Part shown: positions 49,530 through 63,047 of the stretch, piece by piece
How positions within the stretch are numbered: position 1 is the stretch's first letter
Layout of the letters: every line of letters starts with the position of its first letter
Source of the DNA: Octopus sinensis
Taxonomy: Eukaryota
Reading direction: 5' to 3'
Assembly: GCF_006345805.1 (NCBI RefSeq)
Contig: NC_043009.1
Coordinates: 744,001 to 808,000 of the forward strand
DNA length: 64,000 nucleotides
The notes under the pieces: generated by a model
Seen by the model: only the letters and a program-made list of their open reading frames with translations
Database searches by the model: none
What the model was told of the DNA's origin: nothing
Translations under genes and position numbers: made by a program

Positions 49530-49635
49530 CACGGGAAGTTTTACTGCTGCTAGTTCTCTGCGCATGCGCATGAGGGAACTTCCTGCAGGCCTCCCGGAAG
49601 AATCCAACTCTGCACATGCGCGCTGAAGACTTCCA
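49530..49635. promoter_or_regulatory. Candidate housekeeping-type promoter (NRF1 + ETS motifs)
   Basis: TGCGCATGCGCA at 49559-49570, TGCACATGCGCG at 49611-49622, GGAA/TTCC cores at 49532, 49578, 49594, 49629; locally CpG-rich and non-repetitive. Confidence 0.45.
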
Positions 49636-49944
49636 AACCGTTAAATCTAATAAATGCAGAATTGAAGATTTTTGGCCAAGATGTTAGTGTTGTTTAGTTT
49701 TTCGAATTTCAAAAAAGTATCATATTTCATGCGAATAAACAAGTTCTAGTTCTCATGGAATATCATGTGAATAACAAGACTTTTGTTTTATTTTGTCTTT
49801 TGTTTTGTTTTGTTTTTGTTTTCATAAAAAAACTGGTGCAAAAGTTCAGTGCTAGTAGAGATTAAGAAACTGTAACCATTAACTGCAATTCCATTTCCTA
49901 ATGGTTTAACCGGAAACACATAAAAGATTTCTACGATAACTAAT

Positions 49945-49945
49945 G

Positions 49946-50012
<67 letters not shown>

Positions 50013-50017
50013 GGATA
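49945..50017. repeat. (GATA)n tract at the 3' end of the Tx1 element
   Basis: Directly visible. Confidence 0.95.
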
Positions 50018-50316
50018 ACTTTTTATTGTAGCCACACAGGGCTAAACACAGAATAAAAATGGACGAAATACAATGTAGAATTTTTTCTTTTCGAGGTGGG
50101 ATGGGTGGGGCAAAAAAAAAAAAAAAAAAAAACGTTTGATCAATAGAGATCTGTGGGTTGTATGGTGTATAAAAAAGCACTATATATATATATATAAGGT
50201 TCACAGTTTAGGTGTAGCCTTGGAAAGAAAAACCTACAAAAAAGACCAAGGTCACCTCAGGCAATTCGAAAAAGAACACATGAGTAAGTCGCCTTACTTC
50301 TCGTTGTCTCTTTTGG

Positions 50317-53300
50317 TTACAGATTTATGCTTAAAATAGTGTCGTCTTTCATACTGACCATTTTTGCCACTTTTACCCACTTTTTATTAAAACATTCGTT
50401 CGACAAAGCCTTCCTCTCTATTCTCATCCTCCTTTTCAAGTGGTACTTGAAAAAGTTGACGAGAGACTGACCAGAGAGGAAGGTGTTTGTTTGCAGTCCT
50501 TTCAAACGCGTCCACCACACACATTCTTTCGCCATAGCCATCAGCGTAACGAAAACCGTTTTCCCTTCCCGTTTAAAGGAAGGTGGTGGAACAATATTCA
50601 CATAGACTCGGCCGATAGGCGAGCCTGACCTACACGTGACAACAGCTGTTCGACGAAGGACCACAGCTCTGAAATATCTGGACACTGCACGAGTGCGTGC
50701 AGAACGGTTTCGTCGCTCTGACCGCATCTCGGGCAGGTCGGTCCGGTGATGGTTTTCGAACCGTGTCTGTAGCTCTTCTCTCGAACAGGTAGTGCGTCTC
50801 GATAGCACTGCCAAGCCAGGGATTTCTGGAAGTTATCCATAGGCCCCGGCCCGAACGTCGTCCTGAACAGGCGGGTTAGGAATTCCTCGTCGACGCCCAG
50901 GTTTGCCCCGAGTGTGTCGTCGGACCTCCCCTCCACTAGTCCTCTATAGAACGCTTTAGTCGTTTGGAAGTTGCACAAGTTTGACCCCGGTCGGCAGAGC
51001 TGCTGTAGAGCTTGGCGACACTCTCGGTGCCAATCGCCCAGTTTCGGTCTCTTTTTGATCCACGTTTGCAGTTCGGTCAGTGAGACGAGCTGCGGGAAGT
51101 CGCGCCTCACAAACGGCGCCCACACCTGTTCACCGTCGTCGATGAATTTCCAGAGATGTCGCAGTCTCAGCGCATGCCTGCGCATCATCAACCACGGCAT
51201 GCCCAGTCCTCCATTCAACGGATGTTGACAGCAAATGGACTTCCTCACCATCGGAACGCCACCCTTCCACAGGAAGCGGAAGAGTATGCGTTCCAGTTTG
51301 GTGATGGTGGCGTCGGGACAAGGTACGACGGTCAGGCGGTAATCGATGACGGATGCGATGTACGCGTTCGCCACCTCCGCCCGGCCTTTTAGAGACAGCT
51401 TTCTCTCGGCCCATGTTTGGCTGAGAGCGACCACTCTACTCGTGATCTCGTCCCAGTTCTTATCCATTTGGAGGTCCGACCTGAACCAGACCCCGAGCAA
51501 TTTAACCGGTCCGTCCGTCCAGCGTCCCACTACTGAGCCGCAGTCGGACGGCATGGGCTTGCTTCTCCAGGTGCCGAGTAGCAAACCCACTGACTTTTCC
51601 GGGTTAATCTTTGCTCCCGTCACCGTTTCATATTTTCTTAGTGTCTCGCCGACCAGCTCGATGTGCTGGTAGCTCGACACTATGACGGTGACATCGTCCG
51701 CATATGCCGACACGCTCGTCCCGCAACCCAGTTCCCGTGGGATGCCCCTCAGTGTCGCCAGCTTCCGCAGTAGCGGCTCGAGAGTCAATACATACAGAAG
51801 CGCCGACAGGGGACACCCCTGACGGACCGAACGCGTGATGTCAAACGGTTTAGACAGGTGACCGTTACCCGAATCCCGATCGGATGCCGCTATACAAGGC
51901 AGCGATCCAACCGCGGAAGACGGGACCGAAGCCAGCCGCCCTGAGGACGGCCGCCAAGTACCGATGGTCGACCCTATCGAAGGCTTTAGACTGATCCAAA
52001 TTTATCAGCGCCCCACCCATGCCAGGATCCTTAACTACCCTGTCCACAATGTAGCGCATCAGATGGAGGTTGTCATGTATGGTTCTGCCCGGCACGGCGC
52101 ATGTTTGCGCCCTGTCGACCAGTTTACCAATGACAAGCGCCAACCTCTCGGCTATTACTTTGGCCAAAATTTTCAATCTGCGTTGAGCAGAGTGATGGGC
52201 CTGAAATTATCTATAAAATTCCCCTTGTTTGAGTCTTTCTTCAGCAACGTCACTGCACCTCGGCTCACGAAACCGGGGATTCTCCCGTTTTGTTGCCAGT
52301 TGCAGTAGACTGATGCCAAGAGGTCGCCAAACAAGTCTGGCATTCGACAATACAGCTCGTAGGGTAAACCATCCAATCCAGGCGACTTATCCCTCGCGCA
52401 GCCCGCCATCGCATCCCACACGTCAGCGGCTGTGATGGGACTTTCACAACACTCCGCCTCTCTTGCCGAGAGCCGCGGCAGGTCGGTCAGGTAGGCACTG
52501 AAATCCATCCCTCGTTCCGACCCACCACTCGCACCAAACAGTCGAGCAAAGTGCTGTTGAAAGGCCTCACACATCCTTTCGGGTTCGAGTAAACTGCATC
52601 CCTGTTGATCTATTAGAGACCGAATGGTTGATCTGTTGCCACGCTGCGCCTCCGCTACCCGGGCCTCTCGCGCAGCTTCAATCCCTTCGTTCCTTAAGGC
52701 ACGCATTTTAGCTCTGACGACGCAACCTTCGTGCTTGGCGTTGAGGTGTTGGTCGAGGGCCATCCTCGCAGCTAGCACGTTGGTTGCGCTGCCAGTGGTA
52801 AGTGCCTCTTCTAGTTTCTTAACTAAGTCTCCCTCTACTCTATTTCGTTCTATCGCTAATTCCTTGCTAAACCTAATTGATTCCGATTTTATTGCCATTT
52901 TCAGGGCGTACCACCAGCGGTTGTTAACGACCGCTCCCGTCAGCGCCCTCTTAATTAACTCGCTAATCCGGTTCCTGTAAACCTGTCGCGCTAACAGCGA
53001 CGTGTTCAGTTTCCAGTAACCGGGACCCTGCCTATGTGTTTTATCTAAGTCGAGCGTACACGTAACAAATTTGTGATCTGTGTAGCTGACTATTTTAAAT
53101 TGTGGACATCCTACACTATCCCTATCCGCTGTCCTGCATAGAATTCTATCTAGATAAGATCTCGACGATCCGACGCGGTTTGTCCAAGTCCACGTTGGCA
53201 CGTTCGGATGGTCGAGTCGGAACCTGTCAGACAAATGGAAACGTCTGAGCAGGTCTTTGAGGCTCTTACACCCCCTTCTATTCCTATCCCTTCCCACATA

Positions 53301-53761
53301 ATCTAGATGCGTGTCCAAGGTAGCGTTCCAATCCCCTACTAACAGTAAAGGTCTAGACGTACCCAGGAAAACCTCTAGACGTCTGAAGAAATCCGCCCGA
53401 CCCGTTAAGGACGGTGCATAAACTGCCATCAGACGGAATGCACACCCATTTCTGCCATCCACGTCCAAGACAACCAGCCTACCCTCCGGGTCTAGGAATA
53501 TTGCTCTTACTTTTACCTTAGACTCTTTCGAAAAAGCACCGCAGTACCTCCACCACCCATGTTCGGCAGACAGGGAGAAAAATAAATGTCAAATTGATTG
53601 CCAAACATGGACTCGAGGGCCCGCGGCTTACTGAGTCTGGTTTCGCTGATAGCTACTATATCCACGTCCAGTGACTTGATGTCGTTTAGAAGGTAACCTT
53701 GCTTCCAAGCCGACGCCAAGCCACGCGCATTCACACAACCTAATTTAAGCATACTTGACAT
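50317..53761 (-). pseudogene. Tx1 ORF2 (APE endonuclease, RT, C-terminal CCHC), at least four frameshifts
   Basis: GCVNARGL, AISET, VGDWNA, SYLDRI, TDHK, KSPGLDGLP, FRPITLLN, DQSKAFDRV, RQGCPLS, AYADDV, CPRCGQSDETVLHALVQC. Confidence 0.93.
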
Positions 53762-53825
53762 TACGAAAATTGTGTTTTACACACTATATTAGAAGAGACA
53801 AGAGGCAAGAAGTGAGGTCACTTAC

Positions 53826-55697
53826 TCATTTTAAAAGTTTCATTTTTTCTTCTTCTTTTGTATCGTTTTTGATGAGGTGTTTGTATAGTTTTTTCGACAG
53901 GTATCGTTGATACCCGCCTACCGCATTCGGAAATAATGTTTTCAGTATGTGGTGTTGTGCTTGTGTTATGTGTAAAATTCTGATGTGTTTCGGTGGTGTG
54001 GTGTGCGGATGATTGTTTGTCTTAAAATCATCTTCACAGACGACCATGTTAGATTTGATGTAGTCCATTAATTCTTTATTGTCTGTGTCTATTGCAGTTA
54101 GTTGTGTGTGTGGTTTTACGGGTTCATTACTTTTTTGATTGTCTAGGGGAATGTTGTCCTGAGTGAGATATCTCCCTGCTTTAATTCCTTGTTTGGTGGA
54201 TTTTTTGGATCTTTTTCTTTTACCCCCTGTGGCTATTTGCCATTCCGTCGAACTTTCGTCGTCCGAGGTATCAGTATGGAGTAGAGAAAAAAGAACAGGA
54301 TCACTATGTATGCTTGTATAAATTGTTGATGTTTTGTGCGGTGTTTTGTTGTTGTTGTGGTGTTAGGGGTAGCATTTGTCTTCTCGTCAGTGTTTCTGTC
54401 TTTTTAATTGTCGTCCTGGGTGTGGGTGTGGGTCGATTTTTTGAAGATTCAACAGTTTAATTGGTTGTGACGTCAACGGTGATTGTGTTGGTACTGTTTT
54501 TCTTGGTGATGTTGTTGGGGTTTGTTGTTTTTCTTGGCGTTGTTCCATAATTGAGTGTGTTGGTGTTGGTGTTGGCAACAAAGGGATTTTATTTGTTTTC
54601 TGAATTGTTCTTTCTTGTTTTTTCTGTACCAGATCGCACTTGGCAATCAAATGTTCGGGGCTGCCACATTTGTAGCATCTAGGCTTTTTGCCTTCTGCCA
54701 TAACATATAGGCATTGCCCATTCTCCAAGTATTCTTGTCGGGTAGGCTCTCGATAGAGGCCCCCTCAATCTGGATGGTCACAACTACTGTTTTTCCACCC
54801 CAATTGTCGTTTAGGTACACGGCTGTTTCTAGAATATTGATCTTTTTCAAGTGGTAACAGATTGCCCCTGTTATCCATTTGTTCGGCATATCGGGGGGTA
54901 CATTTCTGATAGTAATTCTACTCACCCTCTGGTTTTTATAATAAGGGACCATGATGATTTCATCATTTCCCAGAGACTCAGTAGAGTGAGCTTTTGCCAC
55001 TTCCTGGTTAGGGAAGCGGACCACTACTGTGTTAAACTGTGGACCCCAGTTTATATACTCTTTTTCTTTCATTATATTTTTTAAACATTTCTCCACATCA
55101 GTTTTTGTAATCTGTTCATTTGGTTTTTTTGTTTTTTCTAATAATTTTATATACAATTGTCTTATTTTCTATTTCTTGTTTTATATGTTGAGGTGTATGC
55201 AGGACTAAATCTTGTCCACGGGTTGTAAAGAGAGCTCTTGTTTCTATGAGCTCTTCATTTGTGAATGTAACAATCTCCTTTTTCTGGCGAAGAATATCTG
55301 CGAAATTTACTGTTGTTGACTTTTTTGTATTAGCATCTTCACTATTAGATAGTTCATTTTTATTGTTGTTCTTGTTGTTGCTGTTGTTTTTGTCAATAGT
55401 TTTCGTTTCAGTTTTATTTTTATCATTTATGTTGGTCGTGGTAGTGGTGGTGGTGGTGGTGGTGATGGTGGAGGTGGTGGTGGTAGCAGTTGTTGTCTCG
55501 TGGTTGCTGTTGTTAGTGGTGGTGGTGGCGTTGGTGACAGGGCTGTTAACGCACGTGGTTGCAGCGTTCCTTTCACCGAATTTCACGTTGGCATTTTCCG
55601 TGCGAACGTTCTTTTTTTTCTCTGTCGTTTCCAGAGTAGGAAAATGTTGTTCCAAAAAAGAACGCGACCAGCGTTCAACAATAAAATTTCTAGACAT
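53826..55697 (-). pseudogene. Tx1 ORF1 (gag-like, CCHC zinc knuckle), frameshifted
   Basis: RRM-like segment (VVVRFPNQEVAK...ITIRNVPPD) and CYKCGSPEHLIAKC; split over four track ORFs. Confidence 0.8.
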
Positions 55698-55897
55698 TTT
55701 CTAATGTCGAGAAGAAAATAACAGAAATGAAATGGGGTCGAAACTGCCCCTAGGGGCGAATTCCTCCCTTGGAAAAGCACTCAAATGAAAGTTGGTTGCC
55801 TTACACACCTTATTTGCAAAAATCTACACAAAAATTGGCCTATAAATAGTCAAAATAAATGATTACCTTCGGAGCTGAAACGACATCACATCCGTCA

Positions 55898-55990
<93 letters not shown>

Positions 55991-56009
55991 GTAGATAGAT
56001 AGATAGATG

Positions 56010-56080
<71 letters not shown>

Positions 56081-56130
56081 CGATAGAATAGATGGATAGA
56101 TAGATAGATAGATAGTTAGATAGGATAGAT

Positions 56131-56176
<46 letters not shown>

Positions 56177-56251
56177 CGATAGATAGATACATAGATAGAT
56201 AGATAGATAGACAGATAGATAGATAGATAGATAGATAGATAGTTAGATAGT

Positions 56252-56294
<43 letters not shown>

Positions 56295-56303
56295 TTAGAT
56301 AGT

Positions 56304-56383
<80 letters not shown>

Positions 56384-56510
56384 TAGACAGATAGACAGAC
56401 AGACAGACAGACATATACATTCATACACACACGCACGCACGCACACATACATACATACTTACATACATACACACATACATACATAATACATACATACATA
56501 CATACATACA
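55898..56510. repeat. (GATA)n grading into (GACA)n and (CATA)n
   Basis: Directly visible. Confidence 0.95.
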
Positions 56511-56627
56511 TACAAAAATACTCTGTTGTTAATGTTGAAATCCCAGTGAAGGAGCTTTGAATGTAGGTTAGAAACCGGCTCTTAGCAAGAAGTCTTTTCT
56601 ACTCTGTCAGCTCGCCGCCTTATTGGC

Positions 56628-57005
56628 AAAAAATCTTTTCTACTCTAGACCCGAAATTTTTGGGTAGGAGGCCAGTCAAACAGATCGACCTCAGCACGCA
56701 ACTGGCACTTAATTTATCGACCCCGAAAGGATGAAAGGCAAAGTCAGAACGTAAAGACAGACGAAATACCTATTTCTTTACTACCCACAAGGGGCTAAAC
56801 ACAGAGAGGACAAACAAGGACAGACAAACGGATTAATTCGATTATATCAACCCCAGTGTGTAACTGGTACTTATTTAATCGACCCCGGAAGGATGAGAGG
56901 CAAAGTCGACCTCGGTAGAATTTGAACTCAGAACGTAACGGCAGACGAAATACGGCTACGCATTTCGCCCGGCGTGCTAACGGTTCTGCCAGCTCGCCGC
57001 CTTAT
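56628..57005 (-). mobile_element. SINE family 1 dimer
   Basis: Head-core-tailA-core-tailB. Confidence 0.8.
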
Positions 57006-57390
57006 TGGCAAGAAATTTTGAAATAAAACTGAACAATGACGTCTGTATTTGGGTGCGTTTGTTTTGATCACAAAATGTCTTTATTACAAAGGTCTTTCAT
57101 TCTTATAAAAAATATTGATAAAACAAGTTTACATTTAATTTATATGTTTATGCTGTAAATGCATTTTATTGTTTTTTAGTTTCAATAAATTTAATTTCCC
57201 CCATATATATTCTTTGTGTTCTTATATTATTTATTCTAATATTCTTCTTCAGTTCCAATCATTAAACTACAGTTGCGTTGTAGCATTGCCTTTTTGGCGG
57301 GGTGGGGATACGGCTGAACCGCTAAATTGTACAAAAATAAATAAACAGTAGTTAAAGGACACACACAGACACAAACACGTACAAACACAT

Positions 57391-57600
57391 CTATTATATA
57401 AAATCCGTTCTGTCTGTCTGTGTGTGTGTCTTCTAGGATCTCGGGCATCCTCCATTCGATTGCGCTCAAATTTGATATGTAGATACCGACGGTATCAGGG
57501 CGTGTATAAGTCTTGAAAAAATTACAAAAGTCGATTCCAGGTGTCAAAGCGATGGATAAAGCCGTGGGAACGTGCATTTGTACGCGCAAGTACATCAGTC
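57391..57600 (+). mobile_element. Helitron-like 5' fragment
   Basis: TCTATTATATAAAATCCGTTCTGTCTGTCTGTG start, like the other Helitron 5' ends in the window. Confidence 0.45.
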
Positions 57601-58349
57601 GAATCCGTCTTTTGCTGGTGTCTCATATTTCGGTTAAATCAGTGTTTCTCAAAAGGGAGGCCTATGGGACGGTGGGACAAGTTGTTTTGAGAAAATTTGG
57701 TTTAAATGTTTGACAACTCAGCACCGTTCATTGGACGTGGGGGGAGCGTTTTGCTCGTAAACATATATATACATGTGTGTGTGTGTGCGCGCGCGTGTGC
57801 TTATAAACAAAACTTGGATTCATAGGGAAAGTTCAAAACAGGAATAGAAAATATCGGTAAAATAAAGTTCCAATCTCCAAGTGGCAGAATTACTATGGAA
57901 CGGTTTGACTATAATAGAAAACGTATAGAATAGACAGAAATAATAATTAGTCTTGGTTTTGATTATTTATTGTTAATTTCGTCAATCAAGCGTGATGAGT
58001 TAAATTAAGCCCTTACCATTCAGATTATTCTCTCAAATGTCATGCTTATTTATTCATATTGTTTTGAATTAATCCTGCATTTTCTTGTAGATTTGGGATT
58101 TCCATGATTTGATTGTTTATTTTTTGAGCGACATTGTAGGTTAGGTGTGAGAGGCTGGATCTGCCCAGTTTGAACATTAAACATGTAGAATACGTGGGCT
58201 GGATATGGCCGGTTTAAATGAGGAAGAGTTGGGGAAAAAATGTTAGTTTAACACAATTATACTGCTCTGAAATGTAAAACCGCATTAATTGTTAGAAACT
58301 TTATCTTCTCCAAGAATCCGAGAAGAATACAAAGGAAACGGCGCGCGCA

Positions 58350-58480
<131 letters not shown>

Positions 58481-58955
58481 GTTTGAATTAAACAACACTA
58501 ACAACTACGATGAATGGCATACTGAACTGCTATGTAAAACATTCTTCTCTGATATCAAACTTAAAGTACACAAGACTAGTCTTCTGTGAGAAGTAATATC
58601 TTTAACAGAAGTTAACCACTCGCTTCTCTACTTCAATGCGAATTTCAAACATATGAAACCCATCAATGGAAACATTTTACGTTCTTATTTTCAGAGCAGA
58701 TTATGAACTAGATATGCTTTACTAAATTCGTTCCAGCTCTCTGGTTTCAAATCCTACCAAGCTCATCCTTGCTTTTCATCTTTACGAAGTCGATAAAGTA
58801 CAACTTTCCTGTCTGTCCGTCTGTCAGCGATCAGCTATGTTTAAACTTGAAGATGGACTCCTCCATGTTTCAACCCCAGCACATGTAAGTTACGTCGACG
58901 CCCCTATGGCTTTATCAAGAGTTGAGAGCCAAGGGTCAATGATTAGATAGACAAT

Positions 58956-59345
58956 ATTCTTTTCTACTCTAGGCACAAGGTCCGAAATTTGGGGGGAGGA
59001 GGACAGTCGATTACATCGACCCCAGTGCGTAACTGGTACTTAATTTATCGACCCCGAAAGGATTCTGAAAGGCAAAGTCGACCTCGGCAGAATTTGAACT
59101 CAGAACGTAGCGGCAGACGAAATACCTATTTATTTACTACTCACAGAGAGGACAAACAAGGACAGACAAACGGATTAAGTCGATTATATCGACTCCAGTG
59201 CGTAACTGGTACTTATTTAATCGACCCCGAAAGGATGAAAGGCAAAGTCGACCTCGGCGGAATTTGAACTCAGAACGTAACGGCAGACCAAATACCGCTA
59301 AGCATTTCGCCCGCCACGCTAACCCTTCTGCCAGCTCGTCGCCTT
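58956..59345 (-). mobile_element. SINE family 1 dimer
   Basis: Head-core-partial tailA-core-tailB. Confidence 0.8.
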
Positions 59346-59849
59346 CAGAAAGACAATATTGAATAAGCAGAACAAGAGGAAACACGTGGGATAGAGAGTC
59401 GTTGATGAAGTCACAGGATGTGTGGAGAAAGAACTTTGCCAAAGAAACTAAAATAATATTGATGAAGCTGAAGCGAAGACCAAACATACACCCAGAACCA
59501 CGCTAATAGCTTAGGAGGGAAATTTAAAATATCTCGGTTTTCTCTGAATCGATTTTGATAAAACTTTTCCCAGCTGGTCTGCACACTATGGCAACACCAT
59601 TGTTATGTTTTCATTATTCTGTATAACGTCCTTTCTTTTTTATTTCAGATTCTTCAGTTTTTGAGTGAACCACTCAAATAGATTTTGAATGAAAATAGCC
59701 CATCTAGACATTTTCTTTCAGAAAATGAAGGGTAATGATACATATTAAGCATACATTGGGTATATATTTAAGAGAAAACCATAATAATGTTATAACATTT
59801 ATTGACATAATGAATTATTTAGCCACATGAGCGCCAAGGAAGAAACGAT

Positions 59850-60495
59850 CCAATTGTGGGACCTCCAAGACTGTGACAGCTAGAGATTTAAAGAATATTA
59901 GCCGCAAGTTACGCGGGAAACCTGGACAAACAAGCGAAACCATTTTCACCACCTCCGGCCTTCCTCAGGTACTGAAAACTACCAGAAATCGTATCCTCGG
60001 GACCATGGCTCCCGTGCGAGAACCCCTAAAACTGCCTCCTCACAGGAGTTTGAGGCTTCAAAGGGCCCAAAAGTACATCGTGCTAAACTTGAGTTATGTT
60101 CTGTTCACTGACGAAACCAGAGCAACGCTTGACGAACCTGACGATTGGCAAATGGTTGGATCAGTCTTGGAGATGAGCGTCACCAACATTTACGACGTCA
60201 ACAACAGGGTGGAGGAGTCATGTTGTGGACTGGCATCATTGGAGACAGACTTGTTGGCCCAAACAGGGTACCTGAAGAGGTTAAAGTGACTGCAGCCGCC
60301 TACTGTAATCTCCTGAAGGAGTCTTGGATCCCTGGGTCGACGACATACTGCTGTCACTTCTAAAGAATCTCGTATTCTTGCATCACAACGCTTCTTTCCA
60401 CTCTGCTAGGACCACCCAAGCATTCCTAGGGCCATACGGCATACAAAGTGTCAGGTTGATGATGTGGCCGCTAGCATCTCCGGATCTCAGCCCTC
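59850..60495 (+). pseudogene. Tc1-family transposase remnant
   Basis: VLFTDETRATLD, RRQQGGGVMLWTGI, FLHHNASFHSA (degenerate QDNA), WPLASPDLSP; frameshifted. Confidence 0.85.
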
Positions 60496-60635
60496 ATATA
60501 TCACTGTATGGACCAGACTACCCATACTACAACACACCACCGGTCTGAGAATCGAAACCAGGATCTTGCGTACGACGCAAAAAGCACTAGGCCACGCGCC
60601 TTCACACACAAACACACACACACACACAAATATTT

Positions 60636-60668
<33 letters not shown>

Positions 60669-61753
60669 TATACATACACACACACACACATACGCGCGCG
60701 TGTGTTTTCCATATAGTAACTTAATGAAACATTGGCAGCAACTCAAATTTCATGCTCGAATGAAACACCCTAGTTTATTTAAATTAAACGAAACTTAACT
60801 GTCTTGTTCATCATCAGGCTGCGTCTATTTTTTTCCCAACATAGTCTGATAAATGAATACGATGATTAACCAACATTTGTCTGAAAAGAACTGAGATGTT
60901 TCGCCCAAACATAAAACTTGAGTCACTGCCAAGATTCCATTAAGTTACTTCATATTAAAAAGACAAAACTCTTATATGAATATTGACTTCACTTGCTAAA
61001 CTTTATCCTCAAACGAATATAATATATACCTGTGTTTGTATGTATATATGTGTATTTGTGTGTGTGTGTGTGTGGTGTGTGTGTGTGTGTGTGTGTGTGT
61101 ATGTTTGCGTATATATGTGTGTATGTCTGTATGTATATACATATGTATGTATAATCATGTATGTACATACATAATGTGTGTTTACATACATACACATACA
61201 CGTTTACATACATATATATATACACATATACACAAATATATATATATATATATATATACGCATATATTCACACACATACACACATTATACATGCATACAT
61301 GTATAATTGTGTAATGGTAATCAAAAATATATTGGTAATTAACTTAATTGTTAGCCTTATATACGTGGAGATTCTACTTATTCCAAAGGAATACACAAAT
61401 ATTCCAAACCATTCCACTAGTCAATGTAGCAGTCCTTGCAAATTTAATGACCCCAGGCACCACTAAGTCTATTTCAGTATCAACGAGATAATTGCTACAT
61501 ATCACGTAGTGTATCATTTAGTAAAGTAACAAAACTGTACAGCTAAACACATTACTACATGCGTAGTTATTTACTGAGAAAAGAATATTGCATAACTTTA
61601 TATTATTGCATACCACGCCTATAGTTAGGCACTAATGTAAAATTGTATAACACTGCGTAATTATTATTCATTGTTGTATAAATAACCGTGATATTGAAAC
61701 ACGTGTAGTGATGTTTTGTGCTGCCCATTTACATTTCTTTGTTCTATTTATAA

Positions 61754-62137
61754 CTAGCAGTATCGCCCGGCGTTGCTCGGGTTTGTTTCGACCCTTTAGA
61801 ATTGGAATTTTTGAAAAGTAAGAATTTTGCAATTTGTAGCTTGTTATTCTCTTTAAGTGAACATTTTTCTGGTTGAAATACACCAAAAAATGGCGACAGA
61901 GCAGTCAAAAAATCGTAAAAAATAGGGATTTTCATAGGAAAAAAGCACCCTTTTGATGTAAATAATTTTTGGTGTTAACATGGTCCGATTTGACTTTTAT
62001 CTTCTACGGAATGAAGAGCAAGCTTTCTTCTATCATATTCTCAATTTTGGTCAACTTGCGCCGCACGGTCTCGGAGGAGATAGTGGTAGTTGAAGGCTAC
62101 CAAACCTGGCACATACAGACAACTTCAGCTTTATATA
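61754..62137 (-). mobile_element. Non-autonomous Helitron
   Basis: Same 3' end as 27829 (plus strand CTAGCAGTATCGCCCGGCGTTGCTCGGGTTTG). Confidence 0.7.
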
Positions 62138-62665
62138 TCTCTTATTATAAAAGGCAGATTTTATCTGCCTCCCTTTGTAACTTATAGAAATCTACAATAT
62201 AGGATTTCTTCAATTACAATTTACCTAGCATTTTTAAGAGTAGAATGCATCGGGTCATGCCAGGTCCAGTTTTTAAAATTTAAACTCCAATTAAGCAAAA
62301 TTTACAGAAAACTCACATTCTGGTGTGTATGTCAAATGCTTTTCTTAGTCTGGTTTACAGCACACGCAAACGCACACACACAGTGTGCAACGAATAAAGT
62401 GTCTCTTATTATAAAAGGCAGATTTTATCTGCCTCCCTTTGTAACTTATAGAAATCTACAATATAGGATTTCTTCAATTACAATTTACCTAGCATTTTTA
62501 AGAGTAGAATGCATCGGGTCATGCCAGGTCCAGTTTTTAAAATTTAAACTCCAATTAAGCAAAATTTACAGAAAACTCACATTCTGGTGTGTATGTCAAA
62601 TGCTTTTCTTAGTCTGGTTTACAGCACACGCAAACGCACACACACAGTGTGCAACGAATAAAGTG
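62138..62665 (+). repeat. 264-bp tandem duplication of a Helitron-like 5' end
   Basis: 62138-62401 and 62402-62665 appear identical; each starts TCTCTTATTATAAAAGGCAGATTTTATCTGCCT. Confidence 0.9.
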
Positions 62666-63014
62666 AAACTAGATGTAATATTTAAAAAGAAAGCAGCAAA
62701 CAGAAACAAATAAATACATAATGATTTACTCCTCACACAATTTCTTCAATTAGACTTTACCTATGATTTTTCAAAGAACTTCCATTGGTTCATGCCATAC
62801 AAAATTTCTTTCAATTTCACCCCCAATTAAGACAAAATTCGAGAAAACTCAATATTTTAACATTTCACTTTGAAGCCTATTACTCCCACTTCCTCTTTAG
62901 ACACATAGACACGCTAATATATACGACAGTGTCAATTGTTGACAGACATTGTAAGCTAACGTGTGTGTGTGTGTGTGCGTGTGTGTCTGTGTGTGTGTGT
63001 GCGTGTGTGTGAGG

Positions 63015-63047
<33 letters not shown>

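Larger units (their letters stand above)
50018..55897 (-). mobile_element. Near full-length L1/Tx1-clade non-LTR retrotransposon (about 5.9 kb)
   Basis: 5' UTR, ORF1 with zinc knuckle, ORF2 APE-RT-CCHC, 3' UTR ending GCCCTGTGTGGCTACAATAAAAAG; (GATA)n on both sides. Confidence 0.92.

Noticed and set aside
53761-53825. TAATG stop-start overlap and a 42-nt GTAAGT...TAG mini-intron between Tx1 ORF1 and ORF2
   Set aside because: The TAA is not in the ORF1 frame, splicing would neither remove the ORF1 stop nor fuse the ORFs, and 42 nt is very short for an intron.
62090-62713. 207-aa ORF with an internal 88-aa repeat
   Set aside because: Arises from the 264-bp duplication of non-coding Helitron-like DNA; no domain recognised.
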